From the NCBI GenBank assembly GCA_000002445.1, contig CH464491.1:96001-160000 (forward strand): DNA of 64,000 bases, given 5' to 3'. The notes beneath the pieces were generated by a model. The model had not been told where the DNA came from. It worked only from the letters and a program-made list of their open reading frames with translations, and did no database searches. Positions 1-10,293 of this stretch are shown in pieces. Every line of letters starts with the position of its first letter. Positions within the stretch are counted from its first letter, which is position 1. The position numbers were made by a program, and so were the translations under genes. This DNA comes from Trypanosoma brucei. Taxonomy: Eukaryota.

Positions 1-216
1 GAAGAGGTTGGAGAGAGGTAACGTAAAGATAAACTGCAAAGAAGATCCATGGAGAGTTATTTGCTCAGAGCACCAAGAAAAAAAGAAAAGGAAAAGGAGC
101 GCAAAGAAAATCAAAGCAATGGAACAAATTCTCTCATAGAACACCACATTTATTACCTCACCAAAACTGCTACTCGAGAAGGTGATGGTAACCACCACAC
201 ACAACAGAAAGCGGGT

Positions 217-828
217 TCATTGCCACTCTCCTTCACCTTTCAAAATTCTTTGGATTGCTGTAATTTGTGCATCACAGTTTGCGCACCACGCCTCAAGTTT
301 CTCCCGCATTTTTCCAATTTCCGACGGCCGAACGTCCCTGGGGGCCCAATCCTTCAACAGAAATAAATCCTGTCGTTGGTCGATACATCCCTCAATAAGT
401 CCCTCAGACATCATCTCAAGCAAAAGCACTTCCACTTCAACATCGCCGCTTCCCCCAACGATCTCTCGTATATTTTTAAGGGAAATTACGTCGCCTCTAC
501 AAAGTGATAAAACGGACAACTTGCGCATCTTCTCATATATGGAGGAGGGCAGACGTTTCTGCACATCTGCGGGAAGTGCACACAACTCTGCGGTATTGCC
601 GTAGCATAAAACTTCCAGCAACTGCGGTACCCAAGCAAATGATGGGTTTGTAGCGAGTGCCATCACGGAGGGGATATGCAACAGCACACCATAAAAAAAA
701 ATATGGGGAGCCTCAACTGCCTCCATAATCAAACAAACTCTGTCGGAGTCATTCGTGGAGGCTGCGACCAAATGCGCGTACTCCTCAATGCTGCGACGCG
801 CTAAAGCCTCAGAAATTCCTTGTGTCAT
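217..828 (-). CDS. PCI-domain protein, CSN7-like (COP9 signalosome subunit 7 / eIF3m family)
   Basis: 203-aa ORF. C-terminal PCI/winged-helix pattern '...LEMMSEGLIEGCIDQRQDLFLLKDWAPRDV...LEAWCANCDAQI' closely parallels the CSN7 'IQGKLDQRNQLLEV...EWCDGCE' region. Co-oriented with all neighbouring genes. Confidence 0.5.
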   Translation of the reverse strand: MTQGISEALARRSIEEYAHLVAASTNDSDRVCLIMEAVEAPHIFFYGVLLHIPSVMALATNPSFAWVPQLLEVLCYGNTAELCALPADVQKRLPSSIYEKMRKLSVLSLCRGDVISLKNIREIVGGSGDVEVEVLLLEMMSEGLIEGCIDQRQDLFLLKDWAPRDVRPSEIGKMREKLEAWCANCDAQITAIQRILKGEGEWQ

Positions 829-1938
829 CTACCGTGGGATATAGTAATAAAAATATGGACCCCCGATGCGGCGTGTACCCTAGTCGAAACTCCCTTGGGT
901 ACCTGCTCATGTGACGAAAGGAAAAAGCCATTTTGAATGAATGGTAAAAAGATAAATAAAATAAAATAGGAATAAACATAAAGATACGAAGACACTCCAA
1001 GGACATTCCCGTCTACACCACCCCACTTTCCTTCACCTTGAGTGATATCAGTGGCAGGCACACATGGTAATAATATAAGCCCCTCTCATACCTTTGGTAT
1101 ATATCTCTTTGCAGTGCATACAACCATGTCTTGTAAGTAACTTCTCATCCCACCAATTTCACTCTTCCAACAAGAAAAGGAAAACCAAAGAAGTAAATAA
1201 TCCTCACGCACGCCATTAGTTACGCGGGACGCCACTTTTGTCTTCGCAACTTTTCTTTGCATGTGAGATACGCTCCTGTGGGTCGTTTTCCTTTCGCGCT
1301 CCCTCCTGCAGTTTCGACCAGAGATTAGAAACATCTCTTTTTACTTCCGCATAAGCGGCACTCAACCACAAACTGTGTCTCTTTACTGCATGACGCTCCA
1401 TGTGTGCGGTCCTTTGCGCTACTTGTCTAATTAATGGGGATTCCGCCCCCTTCTCCACAGCAAGTGAGTAAACCAAACGCTTAACAAAATTCATTGTCTC
1501 TCCCAATATAATATATATATATATTATATTTATATATGCGACCACAGGGACGCAAAAGTGGAGGGTGAAAAAGAACGAAAGGTGAATGACTCACTTGTGT
1601 AGACTTGAATAGCGGTGAGTCTCCAAAAAAACTGTACCCAGAAAAGGGTCTTAAACTAGCACACCGGAGAAAAGATAATTTAAAAGGGGAAACAAAGAAA
1701 AGAACACACATGCGCGGACGATCACCAAACAGTAGTTTGCGACAACGGGCCGAAAACTTACTACCTAATAAACAGCATCCTGAGGAGAAATTGCGCCCCA
1801 ACGGGTGCGATAAGTTAAAGGGACCGAAAGGTGAGAAGAAAAAGAAAAAGTAAAAGCGGTACAACTCGAGATAACACCAACCACCCCGTATGTCACACCC
1901 CCGCATCAACCGCAGCCACTAACATATGTCACGTATCG

Positions 1939-2820
1939 CTAGTTTCCGTAACATTTGACCTTCTTCTTGTCCTCCATTTTGTAAATTGCATCCTTGGGTA
2001 TGTTATATTTCCCGGGTAGCATCTCGACCAGCTGCTCGACCACATTTCCCTGAATGTCAATCATGCTTTGCTTTAACTCTTCAGAAGTTGTGACACCAGC
2101 ACCGCAAGAAAACATCTTTTTCCACTCCCTCGAAAGGTCTTTCAGGTTTAAACCGAACAAGTCCATACCCTTCACCGTTGTCGTCATCTTCTTATTTTTA
2201 CGCTGTGAAACCTCAATAAGAACAATACGCTCAATACCTTTCTTATTTCCGCTTCCTTTTACAAGGCGCTCAAGCCGTTCCCGCTCCGTCAGCACCCGCC
2301 TCTTCCGACCCCGTTCCTCAGCCTCTGCGAGTTCCTTGGCATGCTCAAGCAACCACGGGCGACATTGTTCATACATCCCACTGAACTCACACATTTCTGC
2401 TGGAAATGTGCAAATGGGGCAGTAAAGCACATCCACTGGTTCGTATCGCGTGACAGTCATTCCCTCAGTAAGTTTCTGTGCAAGTGCCTCCTCCTCTCCT
2501 CCAGAAGGGAGCAGTGCTTCTTCTTTATTATTATTTACTCTCTCTTGATCAGCAGCAGCTTTCTCCTCGGCAGCATTCGGCTCCTGACCATTTCCCTTAT
2601 TTTTTTTCCCACCCTTTCCACCCTGAGTTTTGTTGAGTTTATTCCCACGGTATTCTTTTTTCTTAGGAGCCGGATCCTCCGCATTGGGCGCGTCTTCCGC
2701 TTCGTCACGTGACTGGTCCTGTTCCACCTGAGGCGCTTGCTGTTGTTCTTCCTCATCTAATGCATCTTCTTCCGACTCATGGTGCAGCGCTGCTTTGCTC
2801 TTTTTCTTATTGCGTCCCAT
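1939..2820 (-). CDS. DENR: Density-regulated protein (DENR/TMA22 family): N-terminal zinc-binding region plus C-terminal SUI1 domain
   Basis: C-x2-C motif 'YCPICTFPAEMCEF' followed by SUI1-like domain 'IVLIEVSQRKNKKMTTTVKGMDLFGLNLKDLSREWKKMFSCGAGV...IQGNVVEQLVEML'. The ORF track extends to 3042, but the upstream 74 residues are low-complexity read-through. Start placed at ATG 2818-2820 (MGRNKKK...). Confidence 0.7.
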   Translation of the reverse strand: MGRNKKKSKAALHHESEEDALDEEEQQQAPQVEQDQSRDEAEDAPNAEDPAPKKKEYRGNKLNKTQGGKGGKKNKGNGQEPNAAEEKAAADQERVNNNKEEALLPSGGEEEALAQKLTEGMTVTRYEPVDVLYCPICTFPAEMCEFSGMYEQCRPWLLEHAKELAEAEERGRKRRVLTERERLERLVKGSGNKKGIERIVLIEVSQRKNKKMTTTVKGMDLFGLNLKDLSREWKKMFSCGAGVTTSEELKQSMIDIQGNVVEQLVEMLPGKYNIPKDAIYKMEDKKKVKCYGN

Positions 2821-3921
2821 CGCTATGTTACTGAACCGTCCACTGGAATCCTTGCGAAACCGGTGATTTCCTTCACTCGGTTGAAGTCTCCTTTGTTTCC
2901 TAAAATTGAAGAACCGAGTTAATAAAGTATAAGAAAATGTGAAGAAGCAGAGGAAAGAGAAGTTACGTTTTTCCTTTCCTTTCCTTGTTATTTCCCCCCC
3001 CCTCCCCTTAAAGGAAACCACAACCATTTGAACAGGTACCACATGTTGATCATCATACTCATCATCATTATAGCAATATCAACTTGAGGACGGTCGAAGG
3101 CGAAATAACATTTGAAAGGGAAATGTAGTATGACATGTTATGAAAATGTGGAAAATTGATAAAGATGTTAGTAGTAATAATAATAGAATGAAATGAAGGG
3201 GATCAATGGCATGACATCTTTACCCGAACCTCACTGCGGATAGCGGCCAAAACATCACAAATTTCCCTCATCAATTTCACAACCGCCCTGCGCATAAAAT
3301 TTAATGCACATACCTCCCACAGCATCAACTGCGAGAGAAAAATATAAAGAAAAGATGAAATAAAGAAAAAAGATACTGTAGCTACAATGACAATGACATG
3401 TCAGCGGCTACCCTCACGCGCAGATTCACATTCTCACCCGCATGTATACTTATGCATTTGTACACACATATACTCAGTAAAAAAAAAAAAGTAAGTACCC
3501 CACCTCAGCAAGCACACACACGCACATACCACCAAACACAACTTCAGCAACACGAACTAAAAAAAAAAAAAGATACACGTCGCCATCACCCAAGAAAACA
3601 ATATAATAGAAAGATGTCAACCGGTTGCAACACGACAGGTGAGCCTGCAGAGATATTTTACACCCTGTGTTATTGCCCGAATAGTGGTTGAATGAGAATG
3701 ATTTACAAAAAAAAAATTAAAGGTCCAAAGAAACGTTCAAAGTATAGAGGAGAGCTTCGTACCCAAAAAGAGGCATAACAGTGCCAATAATGCCTCCAAT
3801 AATATATGCATATATACGTGTGAAGCAGGCTATGCAAACGCCGAGGTGAGCATAACCAACAACTTCTTGTAATCCCACTTTGCTTCATTGCTTTCCCTCA
3901 CCCCCCCCTTTAAATAGTCAA

Positions 3922-6387
3922 CTATTTACTGGTGACGGGATAAGGCCCTGGTGAAGGAGACGCTCTCGCTCCCCGTACCAGTGGAGGAAGTAATGAAGCA
4001 GACACTGTATCAACATCTGCAAACCCGTGTGAAGGTCTTGAACCTCGCATTTGACCATCCAACTCTCTTTCACCAGATGCAGTTGCATTTGGTGAACCTC
4101 GCCTCACCGTGGTTGCATGAGGCACTCCCGCACTTGCAATATGTTCACCAGCATTCGCGGCGTATCCCTTATAATCTTTCTGAGACACTAGTGGGGATCG
4201 GGTGGGTTCCTCACGTGCCGCCGAGATTTGCAAAGCCCTTTCACTCAAAGCCGGCACAACTGGACGGCCCTTGCTTAGTCCATTCCCCTCCATGTTATGC
4301 TCAACTGGCGCTCTCGGGTTTGTTTGCATTTTCTCCGGCAGCGGTCGGTTTGCCGCTCCTGATGTCATTGTATCATCATTTGGGGCTGTGTTTTTCTTCC
4401 CGTAAGGACCCTCTCTCCCCCGTTCCTTAGTAAACGAATGAAGTGGCGCCTCTGATTCGGCTGGCAACACATACACCGCGTTTTCACCGCATTTTGTGGG
4501 GTCGTCTAAGCTCTTCCGCAATAACCGTATGACAGTCTTCTTTGGATTGCCGGCACCATCCTTCCCAGCGTTCTTCTCGACAGCTGCCCTGGCAGCCGTC
4601 AGTGCCTTTTCCACACGGGGCATTAACAGTTGGACGTCTGTTTTAATATCCGTTAGGGCCCCGCGGAACTCATCACTGCTATCCTTAACGATGTCGAGAG
4701 TGCTGTTGAGAAGCTCCTTGCGAGTGTGCCCAATCAAAGCAATCATCTCCTCTTTCGATGTGCCTAACCGTTTCTGTAGGTCACGAAGTTCAGTCCAAAC
4801 AGTATTAAGTTCCCCAGCAGCGTCGAACGGAACGAGGGCACTGCTTTCGGTGCTGACCCTCGCAAGTTCAGTGGAAACAGTACCTGCTGATTGTTTTTCC
4901 GTGCGGCGCTCGAGTAGTCTCCCCTTCTCCGCCAGCAACGCCACCTCTTTCCGCACAGCATTGTCGAGCACTTCAATCTGATTCTGTATAGCCTGAAATT
5001 CGCGCTGTGAAGTGAACGTCTCCCTCACTTCACACCACAATTTGTTGAGTGCGGCAGTCACCGCCGCGTGCATCTCCGAACGATAAGTCGTCAGCGGCCT
5101 CAACCGTTCCAGTAAATCACTATGGGTTGCACGTACCGTCGCCTCCATAACAGACTGCAGTTGCATCACACTGCGCTCAGCCAGCACCGAGAAGCTCCGC
5201 AACTCCTCCTGTAACCGCCGTCTCTCATCCTGCTCGGTTGCCAGCGAGCATTTAATCCTTGAAATGTCATCGCGTATCCCCTCTATTGAAGCGAGTCTTG
5301 TTTGAACGTTCCGCTCAATGTTATCCGTGGTGCGGTGGAGCTCACCAGCAACCTCCTCTACGCGGGCATTCACTTGGCCCAAGCTCCTCTGAAGAGTAGT
5401 TTCCACAACCGACTGTTTTCCACGAAGGCCCTGGCATTCGTCTTGCAGCTTTCCGGCGAGGTCAGTGAGGCTTGCTCTCCAGTTGGTATCTACTGTTTCT
5501 AACTGCTGACGATGAGATGACAGCTCAGTGAGAAGTTGTTGTTGCATTGCCCTTGAAGCCACTTCCTCCGACTGCAGGCGCGCAGAGAGCGTAGCGATAT
5601 CCGTGTTCACAGTACTATGCAATGATTGAAGCCCATCCCTCAAATTTGTGTCAACCGAACTGATTGTCTGCCTATCTGCAGAAATCTCGCGAGCTAACGT
5701 CCCTTGCAGGGTATTCAACCCATCCTGAAGCTTTTGATCAAGCGCCGCCAATGCTGCACTGGATGATTGATTGTAAGATTGCAATTGCATCTTGAAACTA
5801 TCAGACAACTTAACGACTTCATTGGAAAACATTCCCCTTAACTCATCTAAAGCACTTCGTACGGATGCCTCTAATTTCTCAACACGCTGCCGGGTTTGCA
5901 GCAGTTCTCCACTAAATGTATGTTGCACGGAAGCCAGTTCCCCCTGTATGGTTTGATCGGTAGACCTCAAGCAGTCCAACTGTGATTTTATGCCACTCTC
6001 TAGATTCCGTACGGAGGAGGTAAGTGATGTTTCCACAGTTTGCAACCGCTGATAACAGGCCAATATATCACAATTCACCTTTTGCTCCACAGTGCTAGCT
6101 ATGGATTTAACAGACTCCTCTAAAAGCCGCACGGTGGCGCCCTGCCTTTGAAGATCATTGTTGACTGTCTCTAACCTCACATTACACGCGTCCGCCACTC
6201 TATCCAACTTAAGCGCCAAACCATCACTGCGTGTGGCGCCTTCATTACGGTGCCGTCCCTCACTTGCTACCACGAATTCCTCTATTCCCTTAACACGTTG
6301 AAGAACCATAGCCATGGTGGATTCACTCCTACGCAGGAGTTCCTCCATGGAGGCCACTCGGCCGCTTAAAGATTGATATGCGTCCAT
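3922..6387 (-). CDS. Large coiled-coil protein with disordered C-terminal tail (conserved hypothetical)
   Basis: 821-aa uninterrupted ORF. About 580 aa of heptad-like, L/E/Q/R-rich sequence typical of a coiled coil, followed by a Pro/Gly/Ser-rich tail. No recognisable catalytic motif. Confidence 0.6.
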   Translation of the reverse strand: MDAYQSLSGRVASMEELLRRSESTMAMVLQRVKGIEEFVVASEGRHRNEGATRSDGLALKLDRVADACNVRLETVNNDLQRQGATVRLLEESVKSIASTVEQKVNCDILACYQRLQTVETSLTSSVRNLESGIKSQLDCLRSTDQTIQGELASVQHTFSGELLQTRQRVEKLEASVRSALDELRGMFSNEVVKLSDSFKMQLQSYNQSSSAALAALDQKLQDGLNTLQGTLAREISADRQTISSVDTNLRDGLQSLHSTVNTDIATLSARLQSEEVASRAMQQQLLTELSSHRQQLETVDTNWRASLTDLAGKLQDECQGLRGKQSVVETTLQRSLGQVNARVEEVAGELHRTTDNIERNVQTRLASIEGIRDDISRIKCSLATEQDERRRLQEELRSFSVLAERSVMQLQSVMEATVRATHSDLLERLRPLTTYRSEMHAAVTAALNKLWCEVRETFTSQREFQAIQNQIEVLDNAVRKEVALLAEKGRLLERRTEKQSAGTVSTELARVSTESSALVPFDAAGELNTVWTELRDLQKRLGTSKEEMIALIGHTRKELLNSTLDIVKDSSDEFRGALTDIKTDVQLLMPRVEKALTAARAAVEKNAGKDGAGNPKKTVIRLLRKSLDDPTKCGENAVYVLPAESEAPLHSFTKERGREGPYGKKNTAPNDDTMTSGAANRPLPEKMQTNPRAPVEHNMEGNGLSKGRPVVPALSERALQISAAREEPTRSPLVSQKDYKGYAANAGEHIASAGVPHATTVRRGSPNATASGERELDGQMRGSRPSHGFADVDTVSASLLPPLVRGARASPSPGPYPVTSK

Positions 6388-7044
6388 TGGGCTTAAAAGT
6401 GTTCACACTTCTCCTCTCACTCAAGTATACGTGTTTCTGACAGAAGGCAAATGTCCAACTACCTCTTGTGTAATCATTGGCAAATAAGAAACCAAGTTTA
6501 TTTGTTTTTTTTTTCATTGCAACGATGAACAGACATCAACCAAAAAATAAAAAAGAGGTAGGGCAGTGTAAAGTCATTGGCGTCGGAGTGAATAACATAT
6601 ATATATATATATATATATATATACTACTACTACTACAAGCCATATGTTGTTCCTCATTAAGCGCACAGTTATTACCGATATTAGATAGTAGAGAACACTA
6701 CCCTTCCTAAAAGGAAGAAGTTGTGCAGGGGGGGGAGCGGACGGAAAAAAAAACTGAGTAATAGAGACGCCTAGTGTCTGGTACTTCACTTTAGAACGCC
6801 CGCTTTATCACAAAATTAAAATGTGTATTTATACACTTATTTAGCCGCCCCATGCTGCTCACTCGACAACAATCCCATTCCTCTCATCACGTCCCTCCCA
6901 TTGTCACAACGTCCACACTACTACACATCCATAACCATCGGTGGTTGGCTTTCTTAGCAACACCGGTTCCACTTCAGGGTAGCCGCTTGCACATTTACAG
7001 GGTTTCTTTTTTTAAAAAAAAAAAAGAAAGTAGTCGGCGACACC

Positions 7045-9891
7045 TCAAGTCTTCTCACGGCGCTGCATTTTTGCTGGTGGCCTCGCAGCTGATGCCAGGC
7101 TGTGAACAAATGGCGGCTGACTGGTAAGTTCCGGAGGGACCAAAGAACGCGTTACGTAATCAATGTAATATGTCCTTCTCAGCATATCATGGACACGGTG
7201 AGTGTGGCGCTGCGTGTAAGCCAGTAACGCTTCAAGCACTTTAGAAATGGCAGGCATTTCTGCAAGCGTGGAAAAGTGGAAAGCCCTCAAAACAGTGTGT
7301 ATGACAAGACTAGCAACCCCACAGTGCCTGGCATTGGTGATCCATTCTCGAGTAAATTGCAGCAACCGCACCAACTGTTCCTCATTCAAGGCAGGAAGTA
7401 CTACTTTACATAGTGATTCTTCACAACCCTTCGCATCCTTAATGGACCACCGCAGCACCACTTGACGTAGATTACGCGGATGGTTTAGTTTCAGTGCAAG
7501 CATGAAAGCTTCCACGTATTCACCCTTACGCAACGCATTGGCCAATTCTTGTTCCTTCAATATTACGTCCCGCCGCTCATGTCGCACACGTTCCGCCTCC
7601 TCTGCCGTATAATCTTCCGTCGCTATGAGCACACCATCGGCGGAACCAGAGATAAAAGTTATATTTCCACCTTCAGGCTCAGAAACACAAAGCGCCCAAA
7701 TCTTCTCTTCATGCGTCTCCCCCGACCACACAACCTCCGCCACTGAAATCGCCCACACACGCAAAACTCCCTCGGCGTTGCCCGTCACGAGTTGTGTCCC
7801 ACCGTTGAAAAAAGAAAGCTGAAGCACCGGTATTCGATCCACCTGTAAGGCCTTGACGCACGTCAATGAAACCAATGACCATAAGCGAACACTCCCATCA
7901 TTAGACGCGGATGCTAATACACGATCAGTGGGCGAAAATGCCAGCGATGACACGGCGCGACGGTGGCCCTTCAGTGAAGCATCGCGAAAGAGTTTCTTCC
8001 CAGAAACGGTCCACAAGTTAACATTCTTATCCTTTCCTGCCGTTGCAACGTATTGGTCATTGGGAGCCACAGCCAAGGTATGAATGGAACCTTCATGTGC
8101 TGAATTGATACCAGCACGGTGAGTGAAAGTAATGGGGAGCGTTTCCTCTGATGAGCTCTTCCGCTTTGTAACAAGGGGCAGTACGTGCGTCCCCACATCC
8201 CAAAGGCATAAATTCTCATCCGTGCCGACGGAGAATAGTAAAAAGTAGCTATCGGACTGCTTTGCATTAAAGGATATAAAAGTAATGTCCGCATTGTGGC
8301 CCTTCTCACCTATTGCAATGGTGCTCCACGTCTCTGTCGACCAAAACCGAACCGTACAGTCCTTCCCCGCGGTCGCAATCAAGCACGTATCAACAGAAAC
8401 AGCGCATGTTAATACGATATCACTATGACCTGACAGACACACAGATGAAAGGCAACCTTGAGAAGGGTAGCAACGTAAATCCTTGCTGTTCGTGACCACC
8501 ACTCGATGAATGGGAGAATGAGGTGGAAATAGCTTCACGTCAAGAACCTGATCCAAAAAGCCCACCAGGGTGACGTCCGGAACGTAAGTTGCCTTTTCTG
8601 GGTGTGGCACCAAAAGTGAAATGTTAAAGGAAGCGTCTGCAGTGTACAACCGTGATGGGTTGTCATCTTCCACTACACCATGAAGTAAACCCACTTCATG
8701 CGTCCCTCTGGGTTTGTTTGCCACAACGAGACTACGGACTGCTAATTCACCATCGGATTCCTCGACATCACTACCAACTTTACGCCGCCTCCGGGAAAGT
8801 TGTAATGGTTCCGTTACACTAACGTTATATGTCGATATAACTCCATCCATTGCACCAATATGAAGCCGAAAGGCTGACTCGAATAACGCAGAAGAAACAT
8901 GCTCCTTTACTACAACGGCACGCAGTTCCTCCAATCCGGTTTTCGTCATCTTGTTAATGACAACTTTTCGGTCCCTTCCAACGGAAAGGAGGTGTTTGTT
9001 GTCTGCCGTAAGACAAATTGCTTCAACAGCTGCCACATGAGGCCGAGCATGGGCAACTAATGTTTTTTCGACAAAGTCAAACACAGCAACGTGCCCTTCA
9101 AAGCTCCCAACACAAATAAACTCCTTTGCAGAGTTCACGTAGAAGGAATGTGCAAGACATGCTGAAGGAGAGTGCAAATTGTGTGTGAGGTAATGTTGAA
9201 ACACATCCCACACCTTCACCCCTCCGTCTGTTGAGCCCGAGACGAGATGAGACCCATCAAAAGTGAACTGCACGACAGAAATTGCCTGCTGCGATGCCGT
9301 CCAAGACCGAAGCGGTGAGAGTGTGCAGATGAGATTTGTATCACTCACAGCCTTTGTAACTGAAGACGATATTATTCGCTGATCTCCTCCATCACCTCCC
9401 TCCTTCGTCTCGCCCACCTCAACCAAATTGGGGTAGGCGCCTTCAACTCGTAAAACATAAATTTGCAGAGAACGTGTTCCCACAGCAATGTAACTTCCAC
9501 AAGGAACTGCAGCATCAACTACTTTCGTATCTTCCCCATCCCTCACCTCATCGCGCTTCGTTTTCCTACTTTTCCCGTCGGCAACAGAACCGTGAGAGTG
9601 TTTGGTAGTAGCGGATGGTTTTGCAATGGGAGCTACCGTGACGGCATCAATGCGAAGAATCACGTCTTCTACAGGTAATGTATACGACGCCAACCGTTCG
9701 CCGTCACTTGCGCGTAACACATTAATTGTATCACCACATGCCGCCACGAGACACTCCACCCCATTCAAACACGGGGAATGCAATGAAGAGGAAATTTGAG
9801 AATTTGGAAGCAGCAACAGAGACGCGATGTTCCCACCGCTGTATAGTGGCACCTGCGACCACTGAGTACGGAAGCAGTTCTTTCCTTCCAT
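7045..9891 (-). CDS. UTP13: U3 snoRNP / SSU processome protein UTP13 (transducin beta-like 3 family): WD40 repeats plus C-terminal Utp13 domain
   Basis: 948-aa ORF. Multiple WD repeats (e.g. 'SGSTDGGVKVWD', 'ASNDGSVRLWS', 'GNAEGVLRVWA'). The C-terminal region 'GEYVEAFMLALKLNHPRNL...LLQFTREWITNARHCGVASLVIHTVL...LEALLAYTQRH' matches the Utp13 domain pattern. Confidence 0.75.
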   Translation of the reverse strand: MEGKNCFRTQWSQVPLYSGGNIASLLLLPNSQISSSLHSPCLNGVECLVAACGDTINVLRASDGERLASYTLPVEDVILRIDAVTVAPIAKPSATTKHSHGSVADGKSRKTKRDEVRDGEDTKVVDAAVPCGSYIAVGTRSLQIYVLRVEGAYPNLVEVGETKEGGDGGDQRIISSSVTKAVSDTNLICTLSPLRSWTASQQAISVVQFTFDGSHLVSGSTDGGVKVWDVFQHYLTHNLHSPSACLAHSFYVNSAKEFICVGSFEGHVAVFDFVEKTLVAHARPHVAAVEAICLTADNKHLLSVGRDRKVVINKMTKTGLEELRAVVVKEHVSSALFESAFRLHIGAMDGVISTYNVSVTEPLQLSRRRRKVGSDVEESDGELAVRSLVVANKPRGTHEVGLLHGVVEDDNPSRLYTADASFNISLLVPHPEKATYVPDVTLVGFLDQVLDVKLFPPHSPIHRVVVTNSKDLRCYPSQGCLSSVCLSGHSDIVLTCAVSVDTCLIATAGKDCTVRFWSTETWSTIAIGEKGHNADITFISFNAKQSDSYFLLFSVGTDENLCLWDVGTHVLPLVTKRKSSSEETLPITFTHRAGINSAHEGSIHTLAVAPNDQYVATAGKDKNVNLWTVSGKKLFRDASLKGHRRAVSSLAFSPTDRVLASASNDGSVRLWSLVSLTCVKALQVDRIPVLQLSFFNGGTQLVTGNAEGVLRVWAISVAEVVWSGETHEEKIWALCVSEPEGGNITFISGSADGVLIATEDYTAEEAERVRHERRDVILKEQELANALRKGEYVEAFMLALKLNHPRNLRQVVLRWSIKDAKGCEESLCKVVLPALNEEQLVRLLQFTREWITNARHCGVASLVIHTVLRAFHFSTLAEMPAISKVLEALLAYTQRHTHRVHDMLRRTYYIDYVTRSLVPPELTSQPPFVHSLASAARPPAKMQRREKT

Positions 9892-10293
9892 TGCTTGCGG
9901 GATTCACAAGGTGATACAATTTGCTTTGTATAATATCCAATTAACCCACCTTCCTTTAAACAACCTCGCTCGTATTTAGAAAAATAAAAAAAAAGAAAAA
10001 ACTGCTCGGCATTCAAAAAAAAAAAAAGCACAGCCCCAATGATTTACGGTAAAAATAGAGAAAACATAAAATAAACGGAGGATGAGAAAAAGAAGAAGAG
10101 GAATAGTTATGCACACAAGGACGGTAACAAGGGGTAACCAAGGAAAAAAAAAGTGAAACTTACGTGGAGTAATCCACCTACCAAAACTATGATAACAACC
10201 TCCCCTGCAGGTTTAAAAGGTTAGGGAAGGGGTGGAGGGACAAAACACAGAAACAAGTGACGACGAACAAACCCGATGTTGCACCACACACGC

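Noticed and set aside
3951-4981. Plus-strand ORFs (159 aa and 161 aa) inside the coiled-coil gene
   Set aside because: They are antisense to an 821-aa uninterrupted minus-strand ORF, with Ser/Leu/Pro-rich composition typical of antisense reading of a coiled-coil gene.
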